Assembly (NCBI GenBank): GCA_033763375.1
Contig: JANRKR010000006.1
Span: 1 to 49,217 of the forward strand
DNA from: Rickettsiales bacterium
GTDB lineage: Bacteria > Pseudomonadota > Alphaproteobacteria > Rickettsiales > UBA1997
Length of the DNA: 49,217 nucleotides
Direction of reading: 5' to 3'
Positions within the stretch are counted from its first letter, which is position 1. The number at the start of each line of letters is the position of its first letter. The notes under the pieces are model-generated. The model was not told where the DNA came from. It worked only from the letters and a program-made list of their open reading frames with translations, and made no database searches. Positions 1 to 8,965 of the stretch are shown here, piece after piece. A program made the translations under genes and the position numbers.

Positions 1-14
1 TCTAGAATCAAAAG

Positions 15-626
15 TTAAAATTTTGTTTGAATCTGATTTGCTATGTAGCGCGCCAGCAAGTCAATTTCGATATTTACCAAATCGCCAATTCTAGCCTTTT
101 TAAAAGAAGTATTATTGATGGTGTGATTGATTAAATAAACACTGAAAGAATTTTTAGTTATCTCATTCACAGTTAAAGAAGTGCCGTTGATCGTAACTGA
201 GCCTTTCTTGGCAATAAAAGACATTAATTTTTTTTCAGGCGCAAAAATAAATTTGAAAGATTCTTTAATTTTAGAAATTTTTGAAATTTTAGCGCAACCA
301 TCAACATGCCCTAAAACCATATGTCCGCCGAGTTCATCGCCAACCTTCAGCGAGAATTCCAGATTTATTAAATCGCCAATTTGCCAGTTTTTTAAGGTAG
401 TTTTATCCAGAGTTTCTTTTGATGCCTGAAAAAATAATAAAGTCGCGGAATTATGTTTTTGTTTCTTGATCAAAGTAAGACAAATGCCGTTGCAGGCAAT
501 AGAACAACCAATTTCTAGCTTACGATTAGAAATTTTATCAACTGCAATTGTTAGTAATAAATCTTTATTTTCACTTCTATTTAAAGCACGAACTTCGCCA
601 AGATTGGTGATTATGCCAGTAAACAT
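15..626 (-). CDS. ribE: riboflavin synthase (alpha chain)
   Basis: 203-aa ORF starting MFTGII.N.GEV. It has the internally duplicated lumazine-binding half-domains (second half ..GGHMVLGHVDG..). Its ATG overlaps the rpoH stop (TAATG at 624-628). Confidence 0.9.
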   Translation of the reverse strand: MFTGIITNLGEVRALNRSENKDLLLTIAVDKISNRKLEIGCSIACNGICLTLIKKQKHNSATLLFFQASKETLDKTTLKNWQIGDLINLEFSLKVGDELGGHMVLGHVDGCAKISKISKIKESFKFIFAPEKKLMSFIAKKGSVTINGTSLTVNEITKNSFSVYLINHTINNTSFKKARIGDLVNIEIDLLARYIANQIQTKF

Positions 627-1510
627 TAGGCGCTGGTTTTTTTAAGTTCTTTTCTGATTTTATTAATAGCATTTTCTTCAATTTGGCGAATGCGCTCACG
701 CGAAACCTGATAAATCTTGCTCAACTCTTCAAGAGTAAGTGGATTTTCAATCATTTGGCGTTTAAACAAAATATCTTTTTCACGCTCATTTAAAATTTCC
801 AGCGCATTTTTTAAGGCATTTTCTTGTCGGGATTTTTCCTGATTAGCAATTGCCAAATGTTCTTGATTATAATCATTTGAAGCTAATTCGTGAATTAGTT
901 CATCGTCATTTTCATCGCTGATAAAATTATTCAATGAAGAATCAGGTTGTTGTAGTCTGGAATCCATTTCAATGACATCTTTTTGTGAGACATTTAGATC
1001 TTGAGCAATTTTTTCAATATGTTCTAAAGGCAGACGATCATTGCTTGCAGAGCTACCAATAATTTTTTGTTTAATTTTGCGTAGGTTAAAAAAAAGTTTT
1101 TTTTGTGCCGCAGTTGTGCCTATTTTAACCAAAGACCAAGAGCGCAAAACATATTCTTGAATGCAGGCTCTGATCCACCACATAGCGTAAGTTGAAAAAC
1201 GAAAGCCTTTGGTTGGATCAAATTTTTTTACTGCTTGAATTAAACCGACATTTCCTTCAGCAACAATGTCGAACATTGGCAAACCATAATTTTTGAATTT
1301 ACGAGCAATTTTTACAACTAAACGTAAATGGCTTTGAACCAGCATTTTAGCAGCTTCTTTGTCACCGTTTTTTTGAAATCTGACACCATAATCATATTCT
1401 TCCTGCGCAGTTAGAATAGGAAATTTTTGAATTTCTCTAAGATATTGTAAAAAGCCAGCATCAGCAGATTTACCAATGGCTGTTGGATTTGTGATTAAAA
1501 AAGCTGTCAT
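626..1510 (-). CDS. rpoH: RNA polymerase sigma-32 (heat-shock sigma factor)
   Basis: 294 aa with sigma-70 regions 2-4 and the RpoH box TTAAQKKLFFNLRK. The stretch GFRFSTYAMWWIRACIQEYVLRSWSLVKIG matches alphaproteobacterial RpoH. Confidence 0.92.
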   Translation of the reverse strand: MTAFLITNPTAIGKSADAGFLQYLREIQKFPILTAQEEYDYGVRFQKNGDKEAAKMLVQSHLRLVVKIARKFKNYGLPMFDIVAEGNVGLIQAVKKFDPTKGFRFSTYAMWWIRACIQEYVLRSWSLVKIGTTAAQKKLFFNLRKIKQKIIGSSASNDRLPLEHIEKIAQDLNVSQKDVIEMDSRLQQPDSSLNNFISDENDDELIHELASNDYNQEHLAIANQEKSRQENALKNALEILNEREKDILFKRQMIENPLTLEELSKIYQVSRERIRQIEENAINKIRKELKKTSA

Positions 1511-1612
1511 TTTTTGAAATTTTTATTGGTTTAAAACACAGAAAAAAAGTTAATCGACAAAATTTGTGCAATTTAATTTATGTGTCGATCCACACTTTGT
1601 CAAGATAGCCAA

Positions 1613-2482
1613 TTAAAAACCTGATACTGGAATTTTATATTTATCGCTGAGATAAGAAAAAATATCTTTACGTTCTTTTGCTTGCAGTTGGCGGTTAAAA
1701 ATTATTACTTCGGCTATGAAGCCATTAAAACCATTACCGCCACTTTTATTGCTGCCGATGGTTAGTCCTGAAAGTGGATTGCTGCCGGCATCAATTGTGC
1801 TATTTCCGGCGGGGTTTGTGATATTATTGACATAAACTTTAGAAGATGATCCAAAAAAATGAGCAGCCATAATATAATTGCCATCAACTTGAAAGTTTGC
1901 CGGATTAGATGTTCCGGTGCTGACTGATGATCCGGCGTTAAGATTTACGGCTGAGGCGGAAATAGCAATTGCAGAAGTGTTGCTGGTTGAATAAGAATCA
2001 AGCAAAGTTGTGTTGATAGTTTTGGGTCTAAATACCAAAAAAATTGTGCTTTGGATAAAATCTCCCTGATAAAATTTAGATAAGACAATATTTGCTGAGC
2101 CGTTAAAATTAAGTGCGGGCAAATTATTAATAGCTTTGGCTTTGTAAGTAAGAGCGCTTGAAGCGGTGCGGTTGAGAGTATTTTTTTTTAATGTGATTGA
2201 AGCTGGGCTGATATCATACCAAGTGCTGATTTGTGCTGATTCAAAAGCTTCAGACGCTTTTAGACTATCAATTGCAGAAGTTTCATACCAGGCGACTAAA
2301 CCTTCAACTGAAGAAACTGTAGCTTTTGAGGTAATTGATCTGGCGTTGGCAATTCTTGAGTTATTGATCAGAGCTTTGCCCTGAATAGTGCCGCCAATTA
2401 AAATAGCGATTATAACTATAACAATTGATAGCTCGATTAAAGAAAATGCTTTTTTACAAAAACGACTTTGCGCTGTTTTCAT
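1613..2482 (-). CDS. prepilin-type N-terminal cleavage/methylation domain protein with C-terminal LamG-like (concanavalin-type) domain
   Basis: The N-terminus has a basic leader followed by A|FSLIELSIVIVIIAILIGG (Phe+1, Glu+5, hydrophobic helix). The C-terminus reads GFNGFIAEVIIFNRQLQAKERKDIF, the hallmark last strands of Laminin_G_3. By eye it is about 50% identical to the neighbouring ORF. Confidence 0.6.
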   Translation of the reverse strand: MKTAQSRFCKKAFSLIELSIVIVIIAILIGGTIQGKALINNSRIANARSITSKATVSSVEGLVAWYETSAIDSLKASEAFESAQISTWYDISPASITLKKNTLNRTASSALTYKAKAINNLPALNFNGSANIVLSKFYQGDFIQSTIFLVFRPKTINTTLLDSYSTSNTSAIAISASAVNLNAGSSVSTGTSNPANFQVDGNYIMAAHFFGSSSKVYVNNITNPAGNSTIDAGSNPLSGLTIGSNKSGGNGFNGFIAEVIIFNRQLQAKERKDIFSYLSDKYKIPVSGF

Positions 2483-2488
2483 AGCGTT

Positions 2489-3355
2489 TTAAATTCCGGT
2501 TACAGAAATTTTATATTTATAGGAAAGATATTTAAAAACATCGCGCCTTTCTTGAATTTGCAGGGCGCGATTATAAATAATAATTTCAGAAATTAATCCG
2601 TTATATGGATTTGTTGAGTTATATTGACTGCCAATGGTAAGTCCATTTAAAGAATTTGTTCCGGCATCAATTGTGGAATTACCCGCAGAAGTTGTGGCAT
2701 TATTTAGATAAGCTTTTGAAGATGAGCCGCTGAAATAAACCGCCATGATATAATTATTGTTAAGTGAAATATTGGCAGGATTAGAAGCTGTAGAAGTGCT
2801 GGCTGATATTCCGGCATTTAAAGTTATATTATTACTGTTTAAGGCAATTGAAGTTGAACTGGTTGAATTTGAGTCAGATATAGTAGCCAAAGTAACGCTG
2901 TTGGTTGGTCTAAAGACAATAAATATCGTGCTTTGAGTTAAGCTGCCTTGATAAAAACTGCTCAGATTAAAAGAAGCATTGGCTCCTGATATAAAACTTA
3001 CCGAAGGAATTTTATTAATACCGCTGATTTGATAAAGAACTTGAGCCGAGGCGCTACGAGTTAAGCTATTTCTTTTAGCAATTCTAGAGCTGGGAGAAAT
3101 GTCATACCAAGTGCTGATTTGTCCAGAATTATATGCCTCACTTTTGATAAAGCTGTCGTCGAGCGAGGCTTCATACCAAGCAGTTAAACCATTTATTGTT
3201 GGTACTACTGATTTTGCGGTGAAAGATCTGGCGCTGTTAATTCTGGCGGATTTAACTACTCCTGAACCGCTAATAACACCAGCAATCAGAATGCCGATTA
3301 TTAAAATAACAATTGCCAATTCAATTAGTGAAAAAGCGGAGTAGTTTTTTTTCAT
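2489..3355 (-). CDS. prepilin-type N-terminal domain protein with LamG-like domain (paralog of 1613..2482)
   Basis: N-terminus MKKNYSA|FSLIELAIVILIIGILIAG. C-terminus YNGLISEIIIYNRALQIQERRDVF. The start overlaps the gcvPB stop by 4 nt (ATGA at 3352-3355). Confidence 0.6.
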   Translation of the reverse strand: MKKNYSAFSLIELAIVILIIGILIAGVISGSGVVKSARINSARSFTAKSVVPTINGLTAWYEASLDDSFIKSEAYNSGQISTWYDISPSSRIAKRNSLTRSASAQVLYQISGINKIPSVSFISGANASFNLSSFYQGSLTQSTIFIVFRPTNSVTLATISDSNSTSSTSIALNSNNITLNAGISASTSTASNPANISLNNNYIMAVYFSGSSSKAYLNNATTSAGNSTIDAGTNSLNGLTIGSQYNSTNPYNGLISEIIIYNRALQIQERRDVFKYLSYKYKISVTGI

Positions 3356-4836
3356 TGATTTTGCATCCAGTTTATAATCGGAGTTTTAGCGGCTTTAACA
3401 TCGTCCAATCTTTTTCTTGGCGTAGAGATTGGATAATTATGAAATTTATCGCCGCGATTTTCTCTGATTTCTTCTGCGATGTAAATCATGGTGTCAATAA
3501 ATTGATCGATAGTTTCTTTGGTCTCAGTTTCAGTTGGTTCAATTAACATCGCGCCTTGAACTACAAGTGGAAAAAACACCGTCATTGGATGAATACCATA
3601 TTCAACCAAAGCCTTGGCAATATCAAGAGTGCTAATGCCTTGAGCTTTTTGTAATTTATCAGTTAGCAAGCATTCATGCATACAATTGCCTTCAAAAGGC
3701 ACGTGAAAATGATTTTTTAAGCGCGCTAAAATATAATTGGCGCTTAGAACTGAATCCTCAGCAACTTTTTGTAGACCATCAGCACCGTGTGAAAGCATGT
3801 AAGTCAAGGCACGAACGTGCATACCAAATTGTCCGTTAAAGCCTTTGACCTTGCCGCAAGTATCTTTAGGAGTTTCTAATTTATAAATATCGCCATCTTT
3901 TTTTACGTGCGGTGTTGGTAAAAATTCTGCTAATTCTTTGCGCACTGCAATTGGTCCAGAGCCAGGTCCACCGCCGCCATGTGGCGTTGAAAAAGTTTTA
4001 TGTAAATTAAAATGCATAACGTCAACACCAACATCAGCAGGACGAACTTTACCAACAATGGCATTATAATTGGCGCCATCGCAATAAAAATAAGCGCCAA
4101 CTCCATGAATTAAATCGGCAATTTCTTTGATATTTTTTTCAAATTTTCCGCAAGTATTTGGATTGGTAATCATGGTTGCAGCAATTGATTTGCCGTGCTC
4201 AGCGATTAGCTTTTTGAATAAATCCAAATCAATCAAACCTTCTTTATCAGAAGGAATAACTTTAATTTGAAAGCCACACATTGCTGCTGTTGCAGGATTT
4301 GTTCCATGTGCTGAGTCGGGAATTAAAACGATTTTTCTGGTTTGTGCTTCGCCATTTTTTTCATGAGCTTTTTTAATAACTAACATACCAGAAAACTCAC
4401 CTTGGGCGCCAGCTGCTGGAGCTAAAGAGACCGCGCCAAGTCCAGTTAAGGTTGCCAACCAATTTTGTAAATTAAACATTAATTCTAAAGCACCTTGAAC
4501 GGTTGATTGATCTTGCAGCGGATGAATATCAGCAAAGCCAGGTAAGCGAGCCATTTTTTCATTCAAACGCGGATTATGTTTCATGGTGCAAGAACCCAGA
4601 GGATAAAAGCCGGCATCAATTGAATAATTTTGATTAGAAAGACGCACGAAATGGCGAATAACTTGTGGTTCGTTGACTTGTGGCAAACCAATTTCTTGAC
4701 GATTATTTAAACCAGTACGCAAAGTGAAATTTTCAATTTCTGGCAAATCTACGCCACAAGCGCCTGTGCGCGATTGATTAATTAGAAGTTCAGTTTCGTG
4801 ACGCAGCCCGCCAATTTCTTTTGGAATAAATATCAT
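3352..4836 (-). CDS. gcvPB: glycine dehydrogenase (decarboxylating) subunit 2
   Basis: 494 aa with GSCTMKHNP and the PLP-lysine region NLHKTFSTPHGGGGPG. Length and N-terminus are typical of the split P-protein beta subunit. Confidence 0.9.
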   Translation of the reverse strand: MIFIPKEIGGLRHETELLINQSRTGACGVDLPEIENFTLRTGLNNRQEIGLPQVNEPQVIRHFVRLSNQNYSIDAGFYPLGSCTMKHNPRLNEKMARLPGFADIHPLQDQSTVQGALELMFNLQNWLATLTGLGAVSLAPAAGAQGEFSGMLVIKKAHEKNGEAQTRKIVLIPDSAHGTNPATAAMCGFQIKVIPSDKEGLIDLDLFKKLIAEHGKSIAATMITNPNTCGKFEKNIKEIADLIHGVGAYFYCDGANYNAIVGKVRPADVGVDVMHFNLHKTFSTPHGGGGPGSGPIAVRKELAEFLPTPHVKKDGDIYKLETPKDTCGKVKGFNGQFGMHVRALTYMLSHGADGLQKVAEDSVLSANYILARLKNHFHVPFEGNCMHECLLTDKLQKAQGISTLDIAKALVEYGIHPMTVFFPLVVQGAMLIEPTETETKETIDQFIDTMIYIAEEIRENRGDKFHNYPISTPRKRLDDVKAAKTPIINWMQNQ

Positions 4837-4855
4837 ATTTATGTTTTAGATTTTA

Positions 4856-4957
4856 TTATTTTAGATTCTTATTTTGTTCGGCATGAAAATGTGGTGGATT
4901 ATGTTCGTCATATTACATTGAAATAACAATTCCAAGAAAGCGGCTGATTTCGGGCAT
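4856..4957 (-). pseudogene. relic of a DUF4160-family gene (N-terminal ~26 codons, in-frame TAA)
   Basis: The minus-strand frame reads MPEISRFLGIVISM*YDEHNPPHFHAEQNKNLK*. This matches the conserved DUF4160 N-terminus (MP.ISRF.GI.I.MYY.DHNPPHFHA) with a TAA (4913-4915) replacing one Tyr codon of the conserved MYY. The body of the gene is missing. Confidence 0.5.
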
Positions 4958-4984
4958 GGTGGTGATTTGATTGGTAGCTTGATT

Positions 4985-5014
4985 GGCTTTGTTTTTATCG
5001 GCTTTGTTTTTATG
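4985..5014. repeat. 15-bp tandem direct repeat x2 (ggctttgtttttatc / ggctttgtttttatg)
   Basis: Read directly from the gcvPA-gcvPB spacer. The two units differ only at the last base. Confidence 0.8.
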
Positions 5015-5025
5015 GGTGTTTGCCA

Positions 5026-6303
5026 TTAATTCAAAATTTTTTCAAGTTCGCTGGCAAAATTTTCCATATCTTGCGCGCTGGTTAATTCGCTAACTGCAAT
5101 AATCATTTTATTTTTAAGCGCAAAACCGCCGATAATATTTTTGGCTAGCAATTTTTTATTTACCAAAGTGGCGTCTTGATCAAATTCAATTGTAAATTCA
5201 TTAAAGAAATTTTTGTTTAAAATTTTTAAAGCTGGAATTTTTGCCAAGCGATCAGCCAATTCGCAGGCTTTTTTATGGTTGATTAAAGCTAGTTTTTTGA
5301 AACCGATTTCACCAAGTAAAGAAGCGTGAATCGTAAAAGCAGTAGCGCACAAACCTTGATTTGAACAGATGTTAGAAGTGGCTTTTTCGCGGCGAATATG
5401 TTGTTCGCGGGCGTTAAGAGTTAAAACATAACCAGCTTTGCCGTCAGCATCAACGGTTGCGCCACAGATTCTTCCTGGTAATTGACGCATAAATTCTTTG
5501 CGACAAGCAAAAAATCCTAAAAGTGGACCGCCGAAATTTAAACCAACGCCAAGACTAGAAGCTTCGCCAACCACGATATCAGCTTGTTTTGGTGGTTGTA
5601 AAAGTCCTAAAGCTAAAATTTCATTATTAATTACAATCATCAAAGCGCCAGCAGCATCGCATTTTTTTCGCACTTCATCAAGATCAGGAATTTCGCCAAA
5701 AAAATCAGGATATTGCACAATCATTGCTGCGCAGCTTTCATCAACATTTTCCAATAATTTGGCGTTATTTAAGTTTAGTGAAGTTTTGGTAACTTCCAAA
5801 TAATCGGGATGAATATTGCCAAAAGTTGCAATATTTTTACGATCGGATTTTATGCGCAGCGCCATTAAGCAGCTTTCAGCCGTAGCCGTTGCGCCGTCAT
5901 ACATTGAGGCGTTAGCAACTTCCATACCAGTTAAAAGAGCGATGATACTTTGAAATTGAAAAATTACTGCCAAGGTTCCTTGCGAAATTTCTGGCTGATA
6001 AGGTGTATAAGAAGTTAAAAATTCTGAACGTTGAATTAAATGATCAACAGTTGCCGGAATATGATGTTTGTAGCAACCAGCGCCCAAAAAAAATGCGCCA
6101 GCTGAAGCGGGACGATTTTTTGCAGCGTAAGATTTTAAAATATTTTCAACTTCAATTTCACCTAAATGATTTGGCAAATTGGCGATTGGTTTTTTAAGCA
6201 AAGATTCTACATCAACAGCATCGTAAAGTTGGTCAATATCAGAAACGCCAATAGTTTTTAACATTTCTTGGCGATCGTTTTCAGTCAAGGCTAGATAACG
6301 CAT
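5026..6303 (-). CDS. gcvPA: glycine dehydrogenase (decarboxylating) subunit 1
   Basis: 425 aa starting MRYLALTENDRQEML, with FLGAGCYKHHIPA and TSYTPYQPEISQGTL motifs. Confidence 0.9.
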   Translation of the reverse strand: MRYLALTENDRQEMLKTIGVSDIDQLYDAVDVESLLKKPIANLPNHLGEIEVENILKSYAAKNRPASAGAFFLGAGCYKHHIPATVDHLIQRSEFLTSYTPYQPEISQGTLAVIFQFQSIIALLTGMEVANASMYDGATATAESCLMALRIKSDRKNIATFGNIHPDYLEVTKTSLNLNNAKLLENVDESCAAMIVQYPDFFGEIPDLDEVRKKCDAAGALMIVINNEILALGLLQPPKQADIVVGEASSLGVGLNFGGPLLGFFACRKEFMRQLPGRICGATVDADGKAGYVLTLNAREQHIRREKATSNICSNQGLCATAFTIHASLLGEIGFKKLALINHKKACELADRLAKIPALKILNKNFFNEFTIEFDQDATLVNKKLLAKNIIGGFALKNKMIIAVSELTSAQDMENFASELEKILN

Positions 6304-6382
6304 TTTTATGAATTTTTTTAAAAATATTTATGAAAGAAGTAAAATATGAGCGCGGTGAAACTAAAGATTTAGCGAGAATAAG

Positions 6383-6925
6383 TCAAATACTCAAAAGTTT
6401 TTTAGTAATAGTTGGATGAGAACTTTTTTCGCCAAGCCAGATATCAACAAATAATTTGGCTAATTTTGGGTCAGAAATTTTGCCGATTAATTGATCGTTG
6501 TAAAACATTTCAAGACCTTGATTAGGAAGAAAAACTGCAGTTTTTTCATCACCTTTTTTTACTGATCTAAAAATTTTTATTAGCTGAGCAAAATATTTTT
6601 CTTCGTCTTCAGCACTTAAATTTTGCGAATGTTTGATTTCTTCAATTGATTTTTTTGCTAAATCATTTTTAGAAAAATTCATTTCATAGTGAATGTGAAT
6701 GGCGAATTTTTTATCGTAAGAAAATTTTTGATCTGCGCTCCAAAGTTCAATATGATAAACTTTCATCATTAAAAATTTTAAATCAGCAGCGCCGATTAAA
6801 TAATTTGGTGAAAAATTTTGATCAATTATTTTAGGCGTTGCTTGCGCTGAAAGTGTTGATGAAAAAAATAATAAAAAAATCAAAGCAGAAATTTTTTTAC
6901 GAAAGCAGAAATTTTTCAGTGTCAT
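6383..6925 (-). CDS. secreted chalcone-isomerase-like (Chalcone_3-type) protein
   Basis: 180 aa with a signal peptide (..LLFFSSTLSAQA). It has ..LKFLMMKVYHIELWS.. and a C-terminal FVDIWLGEKSSHPTITKKLL resembling the fatty-acid-binding chalcone-isomerase-like family. It is the last gene of the lipid-modification operon (4-nt overlap with the CFA-like gene). Confidence 0.5.
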   Translation of the reverse strand: MTLKNFCFRKKISALIFLLFFSSTLSAQATPKIIDQNFSPNYLIGAADLKFLMMKVYHIELWSADQKFSYDKKFAIHIHYEMNFSKNDLAKKSIEEIKHSQNLSAEDEEKYFAQLIKIFRSVKKGDEKTAVFLPNQGLEMFYNDQLIGKISDPKLAKLFVDIWLGEKSSHPTITKKLLSI

Positions 6926-8178
6926 AACTTTAGCAGTTCAAATTGTATAACATCAGTTCTTTTGGCGCTAAAACCCGCGGCGCAGTAAGATAAATAAAAA
7001 CGCCATTTGCGAATAAATTCTTCACTAAAACCCAAAGCTTTTATTCGATCATGATTTTGATCAAAATTTTTAAGCCAAATTAAAAGTGTTTTAGCGTAAT
7101 CAAAACCAAAATTAGTTTCGCTTTTTATAGCAAAATTATGTTTTTTTGCTAGATCGCGAATTGTGGTTTTTGCAGGTAAAATTCCGCCCGGAAAAATATG
7201 TTTTTGAATAAAATCAACGCGATTTATATAATCTTTAAAAACCTGTTCATCGATAGTTATAATTTGTAAAACCGCAATTCCGCTGGTTTTAAGAGAATTG
7301 TTGATAGTTTGAAAATATTTATCCCAATAATCTTGTCCAACCGCTTCAAACATTTCAATTGAAACTACATTGTCGTAGACTGCTTTTTCGTCGCGATAAT
7401 CCTGCAATTTGATTTCAACTAAATTTTCAGCATTAATTTTTCTGATACGATTTTGCGCGTAAATTTTTTGCTTTGATGAAAGAGTCAAGCAAGTAACTTT
7501 ATAATTATTTTGCGAGGCAATTTCTGCAAATCCGCCCCAACCGCAGCCAATTTCAAGAATAGAATTTCCGGTTAATTTTGCTAAAATATTTTGATATTTT
7601 TGTTTTTGAGCTTTTTGTAAATCGTCATTTTGATCAATAAACAAAGCGCTGGAATAAGTCATTGATTGATCAAGCCACAATTCATAAAAATCATTACCTA
7701 AATCGTAATGCGCGGCGATATTTTTTTTGCTGCCGCGTTTGGTATTTTTAGAAAAAAAACTTTTTAAAAAAAGTAACAAAGCTTGAAATTTTCTGGCGTG
7801 AAAAAAATCTTCCAAAGCATGAGAATTAAGCGTGAAGAATGTTAATAATTCTGGCAAGTTGGAGCTTTCCCACATTTTTTGCATATAACATTCGCCTAAA
7901 GCAACATCGCCGCCAGTTATAATTGCATCAATTAAATCATAATTTTTGATTTCCATTTCCGCATTTGGTCCAAAATTTTTACCTTGAAATTCTTTGCTTG
8001 AACCATCGGGAAAAACTATTTTAAGTGAACCAAAATCAATACGGCTCAACGCTTGCCAGATAAAATCGTAGTTTTTATTTTTAATCAAATTCAAATCATG
8101 TTTGAATTTGGGCTCATTTGCAATCAAATTATTTTTTTTAAAAAGTTTAGTTTCTTGAATTATCTTGGTTAAATTCAT
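6922..8178 (-). CDS. cyclopropane-fatty-acyl-phospholipid synthase-like SAM-dependent methyltransferase
   Basis: 418 aa with HYDLGNDFYELWLDQSMTYSSALF and the SAM motif ILEIGCGWGGFAE. Confidence 0.85.
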   Translation of the reverse strand: MNLTKIIQETKLFKKNNLIANEPKFKHDLNLIKNKNYDFIWQALSRIDFGSLKIVFPDGSSKEFQGKNFGPNAEMEIKNYDLIDAIITGGDVALGECYMQKMWESSNLPELLTFFTLNSHALEDFFHARKFQALLLFLKSFFSKNTKRGSKKNIAAHYDLGNDFYELWLDQSMTYSSALFIDQNDDLQKAQKQKYQNILAKLTGNSILEIGCGWGGFAEIASQNNYKVTCLTLSSKQKIYAQNRIRKINAENLVEIKLQDYRDEKAVYDNVVSIEMFEAVGQDYWDKYFQTINNSLKTSGIAVLQIITIDEQVFKDYINRVDFIQKHIFPGGILPAKTTIRDLAKKHNFAIKSETNFGFDYAKTLLIWLKNFDQNHDRIKALGFSEEFIRKWRFYLSYCAAGFSAKRTDVIQFELLKL

Positions 8179-8965
8179 GATTAAAAGTTATGTTATGCGC
8201 CAATTTTTTGGGCTTGGTTATATATTTATTTTTTTTGAGGAATAATTTTAAAGCTTGCCAGTGAATTAAGAAAATTACTTTTAATGTCATAAAAGGAATG
8301 TTGAAAAAAGCTTTGATTAAAGCCAAATCACAAAAATTTTCTCTGCGACAAATTAAGCTGGTGATTAAAGCTTTTTCATTTTTCTGATCTAAATAATCAA
8401 TCCAAACTGCGATATTTTTTTGATTAAAAATAAAACGAAATTTGTAAGTTCCCTGCACATAAAAAAATGGCGAAACGTGAAATTCTTTATTAGCTTCAAA
8501 CCATTGATTTTCTTGAATTGGAGATTGATCTTGATTAAAAATTAAGTAATTATGATTTTCACCAAAAGTATTATTAACTTCTGCTAAAACTGCGACTAGA
8601 TTTTCTTTTTCATCAAGACAAAACCAAAAGCTGACCGGAGCAAAAACATAGCCTAAAATTTTTGGAAAAGTTAGAAGAAAAATTCTTTGTATTTTTTGGT
8701 CTAATTTTTTTTCTCGCAAAATTTCTCTAATCCAGTTTTCAAGGTTTGAGCCATCACGTTTACCATAATTCTTATCGTAAAAACTAAAAAGATTAAAGCG
8801 ATTTAGTGATAAAAATTTTGAAGCAATTTGTGATTTTTTAGCGATATCAAAACATAAATAAAAAACACGATAAGTGAATTGATTGATCGTGGGTTTTAAT
8901 CTTTTATGCATTACGTAAGCTGGGCAAAAGAAAGCCGATTTTTCTATTGCCGTTTTTATTGCCAT
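8147..8965 (-). CDS. DUF1365-family protein
   Basis: 272 aa. The N-terminal YVMHKRLKPTINQFTYRVFYLCFDI matches the DUF1365 signature (V.H.R..P..H.F.Y). It overlaps both neighbours. Confidence 0.7.
   Translation of the reverse strand: MAIKTAIEKSAFFCPAYVMHKRLKPTINQFTYRVFYLCFDIAKKSQIASKFLSLNRFNLFSFYDKNYGKRDGSNLENWIREILREKKLDQKIQRIFLLTFPKILGYVFAPVSFWFCLDEKENLVAVLAEVNNTFGENHNYLIFNQDQSPIQENQWFEANKEFHVSPFFYVQGTYKFRFIFNQKNIAVWIDYLDQKNEKALITSLICRRENFCDLALIKAFFNIPFMTLKVIFLIHWQALKLFLKKNKYITKPKKLAHNITFNHEFNQDNSRN

Noticed and set aside
181-429. Numerous 60-120-aa ORFs in the track lie antisense to or inside longer genes. Examples: 181..429, 2166..2384, 3099..3344, 3313..3546, 5498..5803, 10014..10208, 14476..14769, 14766..15089, 19637..19960, 42236..42607.
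   Set aside because: Each is fully embedded in a longer ORF with clear family motifs on the other strand or frame. Their translations are low-complexity (Phe/Leu/Ile/Ser/Lys-rich), as expected for shadow ORFs in AT-rich DNA.
1553-1589. 7-bp inverted repeat atcgaca ... tgtcgat in the spacer between rpoH and the pilin-like gene, as an operator or terminator.
   Set aside because: The stem is short, the ~23-nt loop is AT-rich, and there is no T-run. That is insufficient to call a terminator or binding site.
2181-2189. Homopolymeric A/T tracts (8-10 nt) inside the pilin-like genes (2181-2189, 3345-3352) as possible slipped-strand phase-variation switches.
   Set aside because: Tracts of the same length occur in obvious housekeeping genes (rpoH ~1090-1105, the CFA-like gene ~7725, the uppS start 17221-17230). 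They therefore reflect base composition rather than a contingency locus.
6304-6382. Possible glycine riboswitch upstream of gcvPA.
   Set aside because: The spacer is only 79 bp, AT-rich, and shows none of the conserved GGAGAG...CACCG-type glycine-aptamer cores that I can recognise. It is too short for even a single aptamer plus expression platform.
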